Virus record (IMG/VR): IMGVR_UViG_3300014501_000015
Coordinates: 5,710-69,709 of that record
Source: a virus
Length of the DNA stretch: 64,000 bases
Strand: one strand, 5' to 3'
Positions 1 to 9,275 of this stretch are shown in pieces; position 1 is the stretch's first letter, and each line of letters begins with the position of its first letter. The translations under genes were made by a program, and so were the position numbers. Under the pieces are notes generated by a model. That model was not told the DNA's origin, did no database searches, and saw only the letters and a list, made by a program, of their open reading frames with translations.

Positions 1-15
1 CTATGGGCATCGGCC

Positions 16-660
16 ATGCGCCGGCCGTCCGATCTCGGCTACTCCGATGAGGGGTACGAACTACCGACCCTGAGCATCGTGCCTGAGATTGTCATGGCGT
101 CGATCGAAGCTGACGGGCAACTGTTCGCCACCGAGTTAGGTGGGGTCGGCGGTCGGGCCCGGGTGCGCCGGCAGACGATGGACGCTCGGATTCTGCGGAC
201 TCTCGAACTGGTGGACCACACGGATCAATGGATCGTGTGGTGCGGGCTCAACGATGAGGCCGACGCCGTAGCTCGGCAGATCGACGGATCGGTCAACGTT
301 CAGGGCAACTGGACCCCCGAGGCGAAGGCCGACGCGCTCGAAGCGTTCCAAGACGGGGACATTCGGGTCCTTATTACAAAATGCTCAATTGCGGGATTCG
401 GGATGAATTTCCAGAACTGCCACCAGATGGCGTTCCTAGGGCTATCCGACAGTTACGAGTCCTACTACCAGGCAATCCGACGGTGCTGGCGGTTCGGCCA
501 GGAGCACCCTGTTACAGCTCACGTCATCGTCAGTGAGATCGAACAGCAGATCGTCGCCAACGTCAAGGCGAAGGAACTACAAGCCTCCGTGCTCACCGAG
601 GCGCTGGTCAATCACATTGCTACTGAGAGGAACATATGCCCGACGACTTCGATTATGTGA
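16..660 (+). CDS. SF2 (SNF2-like) helicase, C-terminal part; gene probably starts before the window
   Basis: Helicase_C-type motifs 'AFQDGDIRVLITKCSIAGFGMNFQ' and 'YYQAIRRCWRFGQ'. Confidence 0.85.
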   Translation: MRRPSDLGYSDEGYELPTLSIVPEIVMASIEADGQLFATELGGVGGRARVRRQTMDARILRTLELVDHTDQWIVWCGLNDEADAVARQIDGSVNVQGNWTPEAKADALEAFQDGDIRVLITKCSIAGFGMNFQNCHQMAFLGLSDSYESYYQAIRRCWRFGQEHPVTAHVIVSEIEQQIVANVKAKELQASVLTEALVNHIATERNICPTTSIM

Positions 661-1556
661 CCGGCGATGAGTCGGGCGAAGGTTGGAATCTCATGCTCGG
701 CGACTCCTGCGAGCGGCTGGCCGAGATTGAGGACGAGTCGATCGACCTGTCCATCTACTCGCCGCCATTCGCCAGCCTGTACGTCTACAGCCCAAGCGAC
801 CGCGACCTCGGTAACAACTCCACCCGCGACGGATTCATCGAGCACTACGGGTTCATCCTTCGGGAGATGTATCGGGTGACCAAGCCGGGCCGTCTGTCTT
901 GCGTTCACGTCCAACAGATCACCACCACCAAGGTGCAGCACGGGATGATGAGCCTGACCGACTTCCGGGGCCAGGTAATCCAAGCCCACCAGGATGCCGG
1001 GTGGATATTCCACGGCGAGACCACCGTGGACAAGGACCCGCAGATGCAGGCGATCCGGACCAAGACGGCCAGCCTTCTATTCGTCCAGCTCTACCGGGAC
1101 TCCACCGTCTCGCGGCCAGCATTGACCGACTACGTGCTGATGTTCCGTAAGCCAGGGGAGAACGCCGTCCCGGTCGTACCCGATATCGACCAAAAGACGT
1201 GGATCCAGTGGGCGCACGGCGTCTGGTACGACATTCGGGAGACGGCCACGCTCAACACGGTCACGGCCAAAGAGGACGCGGACGAGCGCCACATCGTCCC
1301 ATTGCAACTCCCGCTGATTGAGCGGTGCGTTCGGTTGTGGTCGAACCCCGGCGAGTTGATCCTGTCCCCGTTCGCCGGCATCGGCTCCGAGGGGTACGTG
1401 TCCCTGCTCCACAACCGGCGGTTTGTCGGGTGCGAATTGAAGCCGTCCTATTGGTCGACGGCTGTGACGAACCTCAAGCGCGCCGAGGCCGAGATGGCAC
1501 TCCCCTCGCTATTCGATGAGGCCGCGGCATCGGTAGCATCATCGACGCCGACATGA
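636..1556 (+). CDS. DNA N4/N6-methyltransferase (beta class)
   Basis: Catalytic 'YSPPF' near the N-terminus; SAM-binding 'LSPFAGIGSEG...GCELK' near the C-terminus. Confidence 0.9.
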   Translation: MPDDFDYVTGDESGEGWNLMLGDSCERLAEIEDESIDLSIYSPPFASLYVYSPSDRDLGNNSTRDGFIEHYGFILREMYRVTKPGRLSCVHVQQITTTKVQHGMMSLTDFRGQVIQAHQDAGWIFHGETTVDKDPQMQAIRTKTASLLFVQLYRDSTVSRPALTDYVLMFRKPGENAVPVVPDIDQKTWIQWAHGVWYDIRETATLNTVTAKEDADERHIVPLQLPLIERCVRLWSNPGELILSPFAGIGSEGYVSLLHNRRFVGCELKPSYWSTAVTNLKRAEAEMALPSLFDEAAASVASSTPT

Positions 1557-2035
1557 TTGAACTCAACGTCGTCGGGACGCCATTCCCTCAGGGATCAAAG
1601 TCGGCATTCATCCGCGGCGGTCGAGCTATCGTCACCGAGGGAGCTAGCAAGACCGGGCGCGCCGGACACGCGGCATGGAGACAATCAGTTGCAACGGCCA
1701 CGCGGGACTACCTCGGCGAGCACCCGCGCCCGGCGATTGACGAACCCATCTTCGTGGCGATGCATTTCCGTTTCGCACTTACCTCCGATCGGTACAGATC
1801 GCGCCACCGTTCCCGCCCGGATTTGAGCAAGCTGATCCGCGCTACCGAAGACGCGATGGTCGACGGAGGACTCCTGAAGGATGACTCGTGCATCTTCGCG
1901 ATGTCGGCGTCGAAGGTCTACGCCCACGACGAACCTCCCGGCTGTCGAATTGGAATCGAGTTGTGTGGCGACGCCGAGGCTGCCGACCGGGAGATTCTCA
2001 AAGCTCAAGCCAAGCGCCGACGGGCGACGGGATAG
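1553..2035 (+). CDS. rusA: RusA-family Holliday junction resolvase
   Basis: 'GTPFPQGSK' and 'RPDLSKLIRATEDAM...LLKDDSCI' motifs. Confidence 0.85.
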   Translation: MIELNVVGTPFPQGSKSAFIRGGRAIVTEGASKTGRAGHAAWRQSVATATRDYLGEHPRPAIDEPIFVAMHFRFALTSDRYRSRHRSRPDLSKLIRATEDAMVDGGLLKDDSCIFAMSASKVYAHDEPPGCRIGIELCGDAEAADREILKAQAKRRRATG

Positions 2036-2107
2036 GGGACAGCAGGCTAAACGTCCATGGGGTAGGGTATTGACCTGTCCCCCGTATCATCTAGCAAGGA
2101 GCACTAC

Positions 2108-2539
2108 ATGAGCCCGGAAGTCACCGACGAAAACCCCCTCGGCCTGGAGTCGTATCAAGGGTGCCCGGTCACCAAGGTCGGAGTCACCATCGGCAATGCC
2201 GGCGGCGGACTCCATGAGCCACTGAAGGTAGACAAGGCGATGGTCGAAGCGGTCGCCAAAACGCAGATCGGCGACACCCGGTATTTCCTCATCCGCGCCG
2301 ACTGCAACGGGACGGGCTACAAACCCGTGAAGGGAGATGAGGATCAGGTTCGTTACATCCCCAGCTTCCACGCCACCGACACCACCATCATCGACGCGGC
2401 CTGGGCCGTCGATGCGATTAACGAACAGCGCGACAAGATCGCCAGGATGCAAGAGGACGCTGAGCGCGATGCCGGTGTCGGGCGCCTGGTTGACCTCGAC
2501 GGCCAGCCGACCTCCGAAGCCCTGGGGGAGACTGAGTGA
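2108..2539 (+). CDS. hypothetical protein
   Basis: AAGGAG RBS, GC-rich third positions, stop overlaps next start. Confidence 0.7.
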   Translation: MSPEVTDENPLGLESYQGCPVTKVGVTIGNAGGGLHEPLKVDKAMVEAVAKTQIGDTRYFLIRADCNGTGYKPVKGDEDQVRYIPSFHATDTTIIDAAWAVDAINEQRDKIARMQEDAERDAGVGRLVDLDGQPTSEALGETE

Positions 2540-2778
2540 AGGGAATAACCGCGTTGCCCCGAGAGAAAGACGACGTCCTCGCCGAGCTTGCGCACACGGC
2601 CCACGAGCTAGAGCACGAGGTCGCCACAACGAAGGTTCTTTATGAGCGCCGATCACTGCTGTACGAGGAAGCGCAACAGGCCGGCGCGACCTTGGCTGAG
2701 ATAGCGGAGATGGCGGGGGTCACGGTGTACGCTGTGAAGCTCTCGATGGGGCAGGCGCGGAAGCGGCGAATGGCGTGA
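2536..2778 (+). CDS. small HTH DNA-binding protein
   Basis: 'GATLAEIAEMAGVTVYAV' HTH-like; coupled on both sides. Confidence 0.65.
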   Translation: MKGITALPREKDDVLAELAHTAHELEHEVATTKVLYERRSLLYEEAQQAGATLAEIAEMAGVTVYAVKLSMGQARKRRMA

Positions 2779-3419
2779 CCGACGCGGCACCCGACGACGA
2801 CGCCGTAACCGTCGATGGGGGCGAGCGCACGCTGGTCTACATGGACCTCGGCGACCTCGTGAGTCGGTTCCACCCGTCCAATCCAAAGTTGCATTCACTC
2901 GAAGAGATTCGTCGGTCGATGTCGCGGTTTGGGTACACGGAATCCATCCTGCTCGATGAGCGCACCGGACTTCTGGCCGCGGGTCACGGGCGCGTCTCGG
3001 TCCTGTTCGCCGATGCCAAAGCTGGGGCCGAACCACCCGAGGGAATCACCGTCGTTCACGGCAACTGGCACGTTCCGGTGCAGCGCGGCTGGGCGTCGAA
3101 GGACGACGAAGAGGCGATGGCATATCTCGTGGCCTCAAACCGGTTGGTGGAGATTGGCGGGTGGGATGACGCGGGCCTGGCGTCGATGTTGCAGTCCATC
3201 TCCCAGACAGACCTCGGCCTCGCGGGGGTGGGCTACGACGACAGCCAACTGGCCGACTTGCTGGCGCATCTGAATGGTCCGTCTCTCGCCGACGATCAGA
3301 GCGGCGAACTCACGAGTAGTTGGAGTGTGATCGTCTCCTGTAAGGACGAGTTTCAACAGATCGATCTCATCCGCCGCATGGCCGAAGAGGGGTACGAATG
3401 CCGCGCTCTACTTGGGTGA
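2775..3419 (+). CDS. ParB/Srx-like N-terminal domain protein
   Basis: 'NPKLH...IRRSMSRFGY...LAAGHGR...YLVASNRLVEIGGWD'. Confidence 0.8.
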   Translation: MTDAAPDDDAVTVDGGERTLVYMDLGDLVSRFHPSNPKLHSLEEIRRSMSRFGYTESILLDERTGLLAAGHGRVSVLFADAKAGAEPPEGITVVHGNWHVPVQRGWASKDDEEAMAYLVASNRLVEIGGWDDAGLASMLQSISQTDLGLAGVGYDDSQLADLLAHLNGPSLADDQSGELTSSWSVIVSCKDEFQQIDLIRRMAEEGYECRALLG

Positions 3420-4504
3420 GATCGACGGTCATCGACCGGACTCCCCGGGTCATCCAGCTCGAAGGTTTATTCGACGTCCCGCCAGCCGAGCGGGCCGAGC
3501 TGTCCTGGGACGTCGATCTCCCTCTCGATGAGAAGCCGTGGAAAATCGGGCTGGTCGTCGGCCCGTCGGGGTCGGGCAAGTCGACGCTACTCACCGAGAT
3601 GTTCGGCAAGCCCGTGAACCCCACGTGGCCGACGGACAAGGCGGTGGTGGACGGGTTCCCCGCAGCGATGAGCGTGAAGGACGTAACCGGCGCGCTGTCG
3701 GCGGTCGGGTTCAGTTCCCCTCCCTCGTGGATGCGCCCGTATGCCACGCTCTCAAACGGCGAACAGTTCCGAGCCGACCTCGCCCGTGTGCTGGCCCAGA
3801 CTCCCAACCTGGCGATCGTGGACGAGTTCACATCGGTCGTAGATCGAACAGTGGCGAAGATCGCGTCCGCGGCGGTGGCGAAGCACATTCGCCGATCGGA
3901 GAAGCAATTGGTGGTCGCGTCGTGCCACTACGACATCATCGACTGGCTGACGCCGGATTGGGTCTACGACACTGGAGCTGCGTCGTTTCGATGGGAGTGT
4001 CTTCAACGACCCTCAATCGAACTTGAGATCTATCGCACGACCACCGCAGCGTGGGGGCAGTTCCATCGTTATCACTATCTGAGCGCCGACATTCACAAAG
4101 GCGCGGCGTGTTTCGTGGCCCTGGTGGAGGGACGGCCGGCGGCGTTCGTCGCAGCCCTGCACTTCCCGCACCCGCGTACTAAGAATCTCACGAAGGGGCA
4201 TCGAACGGTCTGCCTGCCCGACTTCCAGGGGGTGGGGATCGGCAACGCTACGTCTGAGTTCGTCGCCTCGATCTATCTGACGAGCGGGCAGCGATATCGG
4301 TCGGTCACCAGTTCGCCAGCGATGATCCGTCACCGCGCCCGTTCTTCGCTGTGGTCCATGAGTCGCAAGCCATCGATGGTTAGCTCTGCCAGCCGGACGA
4401 CCGGCAGAGTCGGCATAGTCGGCTCTTCATCTCGTCTGACTGCCAGCTTTGAATACGTAGGCCCCAAAGCCTCAGAGGCTCAGGCGACGGCGCTTCTGGA
4501 CTGA
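3398..4504 (+). CDS. ABC-type ATPase fused to a GNAT/Mom-like acetyltransferase
   Basis: Walker A GPSGSGKST, signature LSNGE, Walker B IVDEF; C-terminal 'HYL...RTVCLPDFQGVGIG' acetyl-CoA motif. Confidence 0.85.
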   Translation: MPRSTWVRSTVIDRTPRVIQLEGLFDVPPAERAELSWDVDLPLDEKPWKIGLVVGPSGSGKSTLLTEMFGKPVNPTWPTDKAVVDGFPAAMSVKDVTGALSAVGFSSPPSWMRPYATLSNGEQFRADLARVLAQTPNLAIVDEFTSVVDRTVAKIASAAVAKHIRRSEKQLVVASCHYDIIDWLTPDWVYDTGAASFRWECLQRPSIELEIYRTTTAAWGQFHRYHYLSADIHKGAACFVALVEGRPAAFVAALHFPHPRTKNLTKGHRTVCLPDFQGVGIGNATSEFVASIYLTSGQRYRSVTSSPAMIRHRARSSLWSMSRKPSMVSSASRTTGRVGIVGSSSRLTASFEYVGPKASEAQATALLD

Positions 4505-4899
4505 CGAGTGCGGCGGACCCACGCCCATTCGGTCTCAGACAGGCTCCAGAAGCCCTGAGACCCTTTGGCAGGACGTGGGCGGCAGGGACGTGGGTCGGAG
4601 AGGATCCAATGCCACTGGCCGGGGATGGCCCACTCACTGTCCGAATCTTGAACGCAGTCGACGACCCGGACGGTGCCGATGATCGCTCCAGTGGGTCCGT
4701 CGGTCGGGTGGGGAGCCTCGGAGTCGATTTGTGACCCGGCATGGATGACAAGAACGCCCCGGTAGTTGGTCGACCAGGTTCTGTTCTCAACGTTCTTCTC
4801 GCCATCCACTACGAGAGATGCCCAAGGTTGGCGAATCGTAAGTGCTTTCAGAAGTCCATCGTATCCATATCCGAGATCGAAATTCTGCTGGTCTCCCAT
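4480..4899 (-). CDS. ASCH domain protein (true start may be downstream of 4899)
   Basis: 'KALTIRQPWASLVVDGEKNVENRTW...RGVLVIHAG...KGSQGFW'. Confidence 0.85.
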   Translation of the reverse strand: MGDQQNFDLGYGYDGLLKALTIRQPWASLVVDGEKNVENRTWSTNYRGVLVIHAGSQIDSEAPHPTDGPTGAIIGTVRVVDCVQDSDSEWAIPGQWHWILSDPRPCRPRPAKGSQGFWSLSETEWAWVRRTRQSRSAVA

Positions 4900-5396
4900 G
4901 TCGCCTCCTCTCGGGTCTCATCCTCGTTTGCGCTGACCTCAGCTAGATACCAGACGCACGATGGCTGTGGTGAGAACAATTCTGTCAACTGATAGATCGG
5001 GTGCGGGAACAAGTCGTCGATGTCCCCACCGAGACTGGCCGAACCCGGCACGTACCCGCCGCCGGACTTGCGAATCTGCATGGAGCGGGCGGCGTCGATG
5101 ATCCGGGTGCAGCGAAGCCACTCGGCCATTGCCTCATCGACGGGGAGATGGAACCGGTCAGCGATGAGATCGGGGCCGTCGGCTGTGTCGCTCATCCACC
5201 CCTTACGGAGTCGATTCCGCTCGGGTCGGGTGAGATGCCAGTACCAGTCCCACTCACCCCCGATGAGAGCTGCTGGCGGGCGAATACGGTAGGCGTCGTG
5301 TGCTTCGAGAATGCCGGACGCCTCGTCGACGCTCCGCATGATGTCGGCGAGGATCTCCCGACGAACTGATTTCACGATCTCAAAGGTGGCGGTCAT
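4848..5396 (-). CDS. hypothetical protein
   Basis: Part of a coupled leftward operon. Confidence 0.6.
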   Translation of the reverse strand: MTATFEIVKSVRREILADIMRSVDEASGILEAHDAYRIRPPAALIGGEWDWYWHLTRPERNRLRKGWMSDTADGPDLIADRFHLPVDEAMAEWLRCTRIIDAARSMQIRKSGGGYVPGSASLGGDIDDLFPHPIYQLTELFSPQPSCVWYLAEVSANEDETREEATWETSRISISDMDTMDF

Positions 5397-5605
5397 GATG
5401 TCGACTCGTGGCAGTCACAGTCACACCGGCCGCTACAGCCACAATGCGATTCATCTTCGGGTATGGGCTGATGAACAACCGGCCCGCACTTCTCGCAATC
5501 GAACGCCGGCGCGAGGTCAAGCGTCGACTCGACCCACATCGTCTGCCCGTCATAGCCGAACAGGGCGCCTTTGTCGTGAGTGTTCGAGGTTCTCATGCTG
5601 ACCAC
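5393..5605 (-). CDS. small Cys-rich hypothetical protein
   Basis: CxxC plus Cys/His-rich tail; overlaps neighbours. Confidence 0.5.
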   Translation of the reverse strand: MVSMRTSNTHDKGALFGYDGQTMWVESTLDLAPAFDCEKCGPVVHQPIPEDESHCGCSGRCDCDCHESTS

Positions 5606-5955
5606 CTCGCGACCCGTGAGTGCGACGTTTCAACGTGACAGGTCGGCTTGCGATCTGTCGGGTACGTTGCGGTCCCCTCCCGGTAGCTGGCGGTCAGAGT
5701 CTCCACGATCCCGACGCGGTGGCCGCGCTGGCCGTAGCCTTTGATCGTATAGACGACCCCGTCCGACCGATCGACCAGGAAGCGCCCGGAGCGATGCACG
5801 TAGGGCGGGTGATCGCCCTCGTCTGTCTCGTCAATGGCGATGTACTTGCGACGATCCTCCGCGATGATCTGGTATCGCCACCCGGTGAGATTGCGATTCT
5901 CCTGATAGGCGGAGCAGAGTTCGCGGATGACTGGGCTGTCGGCGGACAACGTCAT
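5593..5955 (-). CDS. hypothetical phage protein
   Basis: 'RKYIAID...SGRFLVDRSDGVVYTIKGY'; start overlaps upstream stop. Confidence 0.65.
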   Translation of the reverse strand: MTLSADSPVIRELCSAYQENRNLTGWRYQIIAEDRRKYIAIDETDEGDHPPYVHRSGRFLVDRSDGVVYTIKGYGQRGHRVGIVETLTASYREGTATYPTDRKPTCHVETSHSRVARWSA

Positions 5956-6461
5956 GACTGCACCGCCTGACGCTGCAATCCCTCAAGCCGCTTGCGGGTG
6001 TTGCTGATGACTCCCGAGAGGTTCGTGCCGACGTAGGCACGGTGGGGCATCGCCTGGTCACGCTGGTAGGGGGTCAGCAGCTTGAGTTCGGCCCGGTGAG
6101 TCTTGCGAAAGGCGGCATTCTCGAACTTGACTTGCTCACGCTCGGCTTCCAAGCGGGCCAGCTTCTCGGTCAGTCGCTCAATGGCGTCGGGGTCGTCCGA
6201 GTAGATGGATCTCGCGGCGGCAGCTTCGATGCTGTCGGCCCGATCGCTCATCTCCCGGGCCTTGGCCAGACTCTCGAAGGCCCGGTCATCCTGGGCGATC
6301 ACCCGAGCTCGCAACGGGATATGTCCGGGTTGCGTGTTGAAAGCGGTGTCTCCTCGGTAGATCTCGTGCGCTGCAAGTACCGCAGATGCGGACACTTCAC
6401 GCTTGCCGGCCCATTCTCTGAGTCGATCCGCTTTCGCTTCTCGACGGTCACGGTAGGTCAT
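5952..6461 (-). CDS. DUF3560-like protein
   Basis: 'RREAKADRLREWA...PGH...SIYSDDPDAIERL'; AAGGAG RBS. Confidence 0.7.
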   Translation of the reverse strand: MTYRDRREAKADRLREWAGKREVSASAVLAAHEIYRGDTAFNTQPGHIPLRARVIAQDDRAFESLAKAREMSDRADSIEAAAARSIYSDDPDAIERLTEKLARLEAEREQVKFENAAFRKTHRAELKLLTPYQRDQAMPHRAYVGTNLSGVISNTRKRLEGLQRQAVQS

Positions 6462-6499
6462 GTCATGTTCTCCTTGTTTGGTGCTTCCTTCTACTAATA

Positions 6500-6527
6500 A
6501 GTATAGCCCTATGTCCCTCTAGGTCAA
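6500..6527 (-). promoter_or_regulatory. leftward sigma70-type promoter
   Basis: TTGACC-N16-TATACT on the minus strand. Confidence 0.65.
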
Positions 6528-6606
6528 GGCTCCTACCAGGGATAATGCCCCGGTATTGAACTAGGGCTAGCCAAAGGCTAACTATCGCGAACTCTCGGTT
6601 TGACCC

Positions 6607-6635
6607 TTGACGGGACAGATAGGGTGCTATACCAT
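6607..6635 (+). promoter_or_regulatory. rightward sigma70-type promoter
   Basis: TTGACG-N17-TACCAT, then AAGGAG RBS and ATG 6669. Confidence 0.7.
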
Positions 6636-6724
6636 GGACCTTGTAGACATCCAGCAAGGAGAACCCACATGACCTACATACTTAAGACCGAGCGGGCCGA
6701 ACTGCGCGCTGCGCTGGTGCAGGC

Positions 6725-7081
6725 ATGAACACCCGAAGCGAAACCATCACCATCCGCACCTACGAGAACTTCCGAATTCGCTGGGATCGCGGCTCGACCT
6801 GGAGCGGCTACGACACCGCCGAGCAGGCGCAGCACGTCATCGACTATGCGACCTCTGATGGCCACGTCGAACGCCACGAATGGGACGCGGTCATCCGGCC
6901 CGAGCATCTCCACCTCTACCAGCCCGGCATCGCTGAGCGGACCTACACCCACTGCCTCGACTGCGGGACGAACGGAGATCACTACTGCCCGTCGAGTGTC
7001 TGCCGCCCGACCTGCGATGACCTTGATGTGTGCCTGCTGCCCGAAGATCCCGACCATGAATGCCCGCTGGTGGCGTCGTGA
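6725..7081 (+). CDS. hypothetical Cys-rich protein
   Basis: ATGA-coupled to a 19-codon ORF at 6669-6728; CxxC motifs. Confidence 0.6.
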   Translation: MNTRSETITIRTYENFRIRWDRGSTWSGYDTAEQAQHVIDYATSDGHVERHEWDAVIRPEHLHLYQPGIAERTYTHCLDCGTNGDHYCPSSVCRPTCDDLDVCLLPEDPDHECPLVAS

Positions 7082-7185
7082 TGGACGACTACTGCGACTA
7101 CTGCGAGCAGGAGGGCCATACCTTCCGGTCGTGCCCGAAGCGCGACGACAATCCTGACTATGGCGATGAAGGGGAGTACGAATGA
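7081..7185 (+). CDS. 34-aa CCHC zinc-knuckle microprotein
   Basis: MDDYCDYCEQEGHTFRSCPK..., CX2CX4HX4C; overlaps both neighbours. Confidence 0.55.
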   Translation: MDDYCDYCEQEGHTFRSCPKRDDNPDYGDEGEYE

Positions 7186-7358
7186 ATCCCGAGGTCACCG
7201 GGGAGCCGGAATCGATGACTTCGGTCCCGACCCACGTGCTGACCGAGCTGGTCGCCGCGCTGGATAAGGCACTCACCATCGACTTCAATGCTGACGCCCT
7301 CGCAGGTGCCTGGCGTGCGGTCGGTCGGTTGGAATTCTGGATCGAAGCCCAGCCATGA
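7182..7358 (+). CDS. 58-aa hypothetical protein
   Basis: GGGGAG RBS, ATGA overlap; translated by hand. Confidence 0.5.
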   Translation: MNPEVTGEPESMTSVPTHVLTELVAALDKALTIDFNADALAGAWRAVGRLEFWIEAQP

Positions 7359-7392
7359 ACGGGCTATCGAACCTGCCTCCGGGGTGCTCAGG

Positions 7393-7725
7393 ATGACCGA
7401 GCCGATCACCGACGAAGAACTGCACGGGTATCGAGACCGCATTGACGCACAGATGGAGTTCTACGGCCACCTGCGGGGTCAGGACGAAGTGAACGCTCGG
7501 TTCATTGCTCGCATCGACAGCAGAGAGTCGGTACTGCGTGAGATTCGGAAGGCAGGCCACCACTGGTGCCGGTGGGGTCATGGGCCGGAACATGACCTGG
7601 ATACACGCCGAGGAGATGGATTGTGCTCCTGCGGGAAGGTTCAACGGGACGCCGCCATCGACCGAGTGTTGGGAGAGCCAGAGTACAGCGACAAATATCC
7701 GTTTCGGCAGGAGGATGTTCAGTGA
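7393..7725 (+). CDS. hypothetical protein
   Basis: MTEPITDEE start inside ORF 7288-7725; coupled. Confidence 0.55.
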   Translation: MTEPITDEELHGYRDRIDAQMEFYGHLRGQDEVNARFIARIDSRESVLREIRKAGHHWCRWGHGPEHDLDTRRGDGLCSCGKVQRDAAIDRVLGEPEYSDKYPFRQEDVQ

Positions 7726-7922
7726 GTGACCAACCGACCCCGACGTGCGCTCCCCGCCCGTGGAGTCTGCCGATGCCCGGTAGTCAGTTCGGTGACCGTG
7801 CCCGTTGCGTCTGCGGGCGGGAGTACGTCGTCCGTCACGGAGACGGGATGTTGACCCCGCCGCGCCCCTATTGGAAGCCCCGTCGTCGTCTACACATTCG
7901 GAGGTATCGCAGCCATGAGTGA
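7722..7922 (+). CDS. small hypothetical protein (MSDQPTP...)
   Basis: GGAGG RBS, GTGA overlap. Confidence 0.5.
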   Translation: MSDQPTPTCAPRPWSLPMPGSQFGDRARCVCGREYVVRHGDGMLTPPRPYWKPRRRLHIRRYRSHE

Positions 7923-8085
7923 CCAACCGACCCCGAGCCCGGCTTGTGCAACTTGCGGGAACCTCCACCGATACGACTGGTGTCCCTGCCGACCAGAGAA
8001 CTACCGGGGTGTCCCAGTAGTGACCGACCCCGAAGTTCCGCCAGGGGACATCTACCTAACCGATCAATCCCCGGAGGCGTCGTGA
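7915..8085 (+). CDS. 56-aa hypothetical protein (MSDQPTP...)
   Basis: GGAGG RBS; CxxC; shares 21 nt of its start with the gene at 7722. Confidence 0.5.
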   Translation: MSDQPTPSPACATCGNLHRYDWCPCRPENYRGVPVVTDPEVPPGDIYLTDQSPEAS

Positions 8086-8122
8086 TCCAGTCCACCGACG
8101 CAGGCCGTAAAGCGGCAAAGTC

Positions 8123-8479
8123 GTGACTCAACCTGAATCACTAGACCTACAACAGCTAAGAGAGGTCGCGGAGACAGCCACGCTCGGTCCTTGGTTCACC
8201 GAGACTGATGGCATCTACGACTCCTGGCGGTCCTACATGATCACGCCTACGGGTGACTCTGAGGCAGATCGCCACGACGCCGCCTTCATCGCCGCCGCTA
8301 ATCCTGAAACCATCCTGGCGCTGGTGGAGGTATGCCAAGCGGCGCAGGAAGTGGGTGATTCCAACTTCCGCAAGTTGTTGGAGTTGTTGGGTCGTGAGGG
8401 GCACGATGAGGCTGCGCTCCGAGTGTTGAACTTTCGCAAAGCCCTCGCCAAGCTCGACAACCTGGGAGGGACCGAATGA
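8123..8479 (+). CDS. Ead/Ea22-like protein
   Basis: 'LREVAETATLGPW...DAAFIAAANPETILALV'. Confidence 0.65.
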   Translation: MTQPESLDLQQLREVAETATLGPWFTETDGIYDSWRSYMITPTGDSEADRHDAAFIAAANPETILALVEVCQAAQEVGDSNFRKLLELLGREGHDEAALRVLNFRKALAKLDNLGGTE

Positions 8480-8895
8480 AGTTCTGCCCTGACCACTGGG
8501 ATCGACTGCGCAAGGCCATCGCCCTACGGAAGCTCGACTCGCTGATCGCTGAGGATGGCCAGAAAGCCCTGAGCAACCTCTTGTCGGAGATGAACGAGGG
8601 ATCGAGCTTTGACAACTTCGATCCGCTCATGGGCGCTCACAACGCCATCTGGTCCCAAGCCATGTCGATCATTAAAGACCGGTACACGCAGAACCCGCTG
8701 ATGCTGATGGCCGACGATGCCGAGCATCCAGAGTGGGCGTGCCCCATCTGTGCCCTCAACTGGTGCCACGACGAGCACACCAGGCTCTGCACCCAGGAAG
8801 GGTGCGACTGGCCGAAGTCCTACGACTGGACCGACGAGATGGTGACCGGTGCCGCCGACCACATGCTCGCCACTTGGAAGGAAATGCAGTTATGA
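8476..8895 (+). CDS. hypothetical protein
   Basis: GGAGG RBS, ATGA coupling, typical codon bias. Confidence 0.7.
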   Translation: MKFCPDHWDRLRKAIALRKLDSLIAEDGQKALSNLLSEMNEGSSFDNFDPLMGAHNAIWSQAMSIIKDRYTQNPLMLMADDAEHPEWACPICALNWCHDEHTRLCTQEGCDWPKSYDWTDEMVTGAADHMLATWKEMQL

Positions 8896-9275
8896 CCACC
8901 CCCATCTCCCCCGAAGACCAGACAGAGGGGGAAGTGACAACGACCATGCTGTGCGAATGCGGTCACCCCGCGCATGACCATGATGAGAAGGGCACACTCT
9001 GCCTATCCTGCGACAAATGCGGCGGGTTCACTGATTACGAACCGGACTGGATCGGCAGGTTGCAGGTTCTGGCCGGGGAAGCGAGATTCAGAACAGCGAA
9101 CGGGGGTCCGGTTGGCGAGGAGTTTTCCGACACCTTCTCTCCTTCAACGGTGGCCGCAATGCTGAACGTGGTGAGGGCGGCCGACACCTTCGACTACGAC
9201 GAATGGGGGATCATCGGGGATGACCAACTGTCGGCGACCGTCGGCGCACTTGAGAATCTGGTATGTGATGAGTAG
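8892..9275 (+). CDS. hypothetical protein with Zn-finger-like motif
   Basis: 'CECGH...H...CLSCDKC'; ATGA coupling. Confidence 0.55.
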   Translation: MTTPISPEDQTEGEVTTTMLCECGHPAHDHDEKGTLCLSCDKCGGFTDYEPDWIGRLQVLAGEARFRTANGGPVGEEFSDTFSPSTVAAMLNVVRAADTFDYDEWGIIGDDQLSATVGALENLVCDE

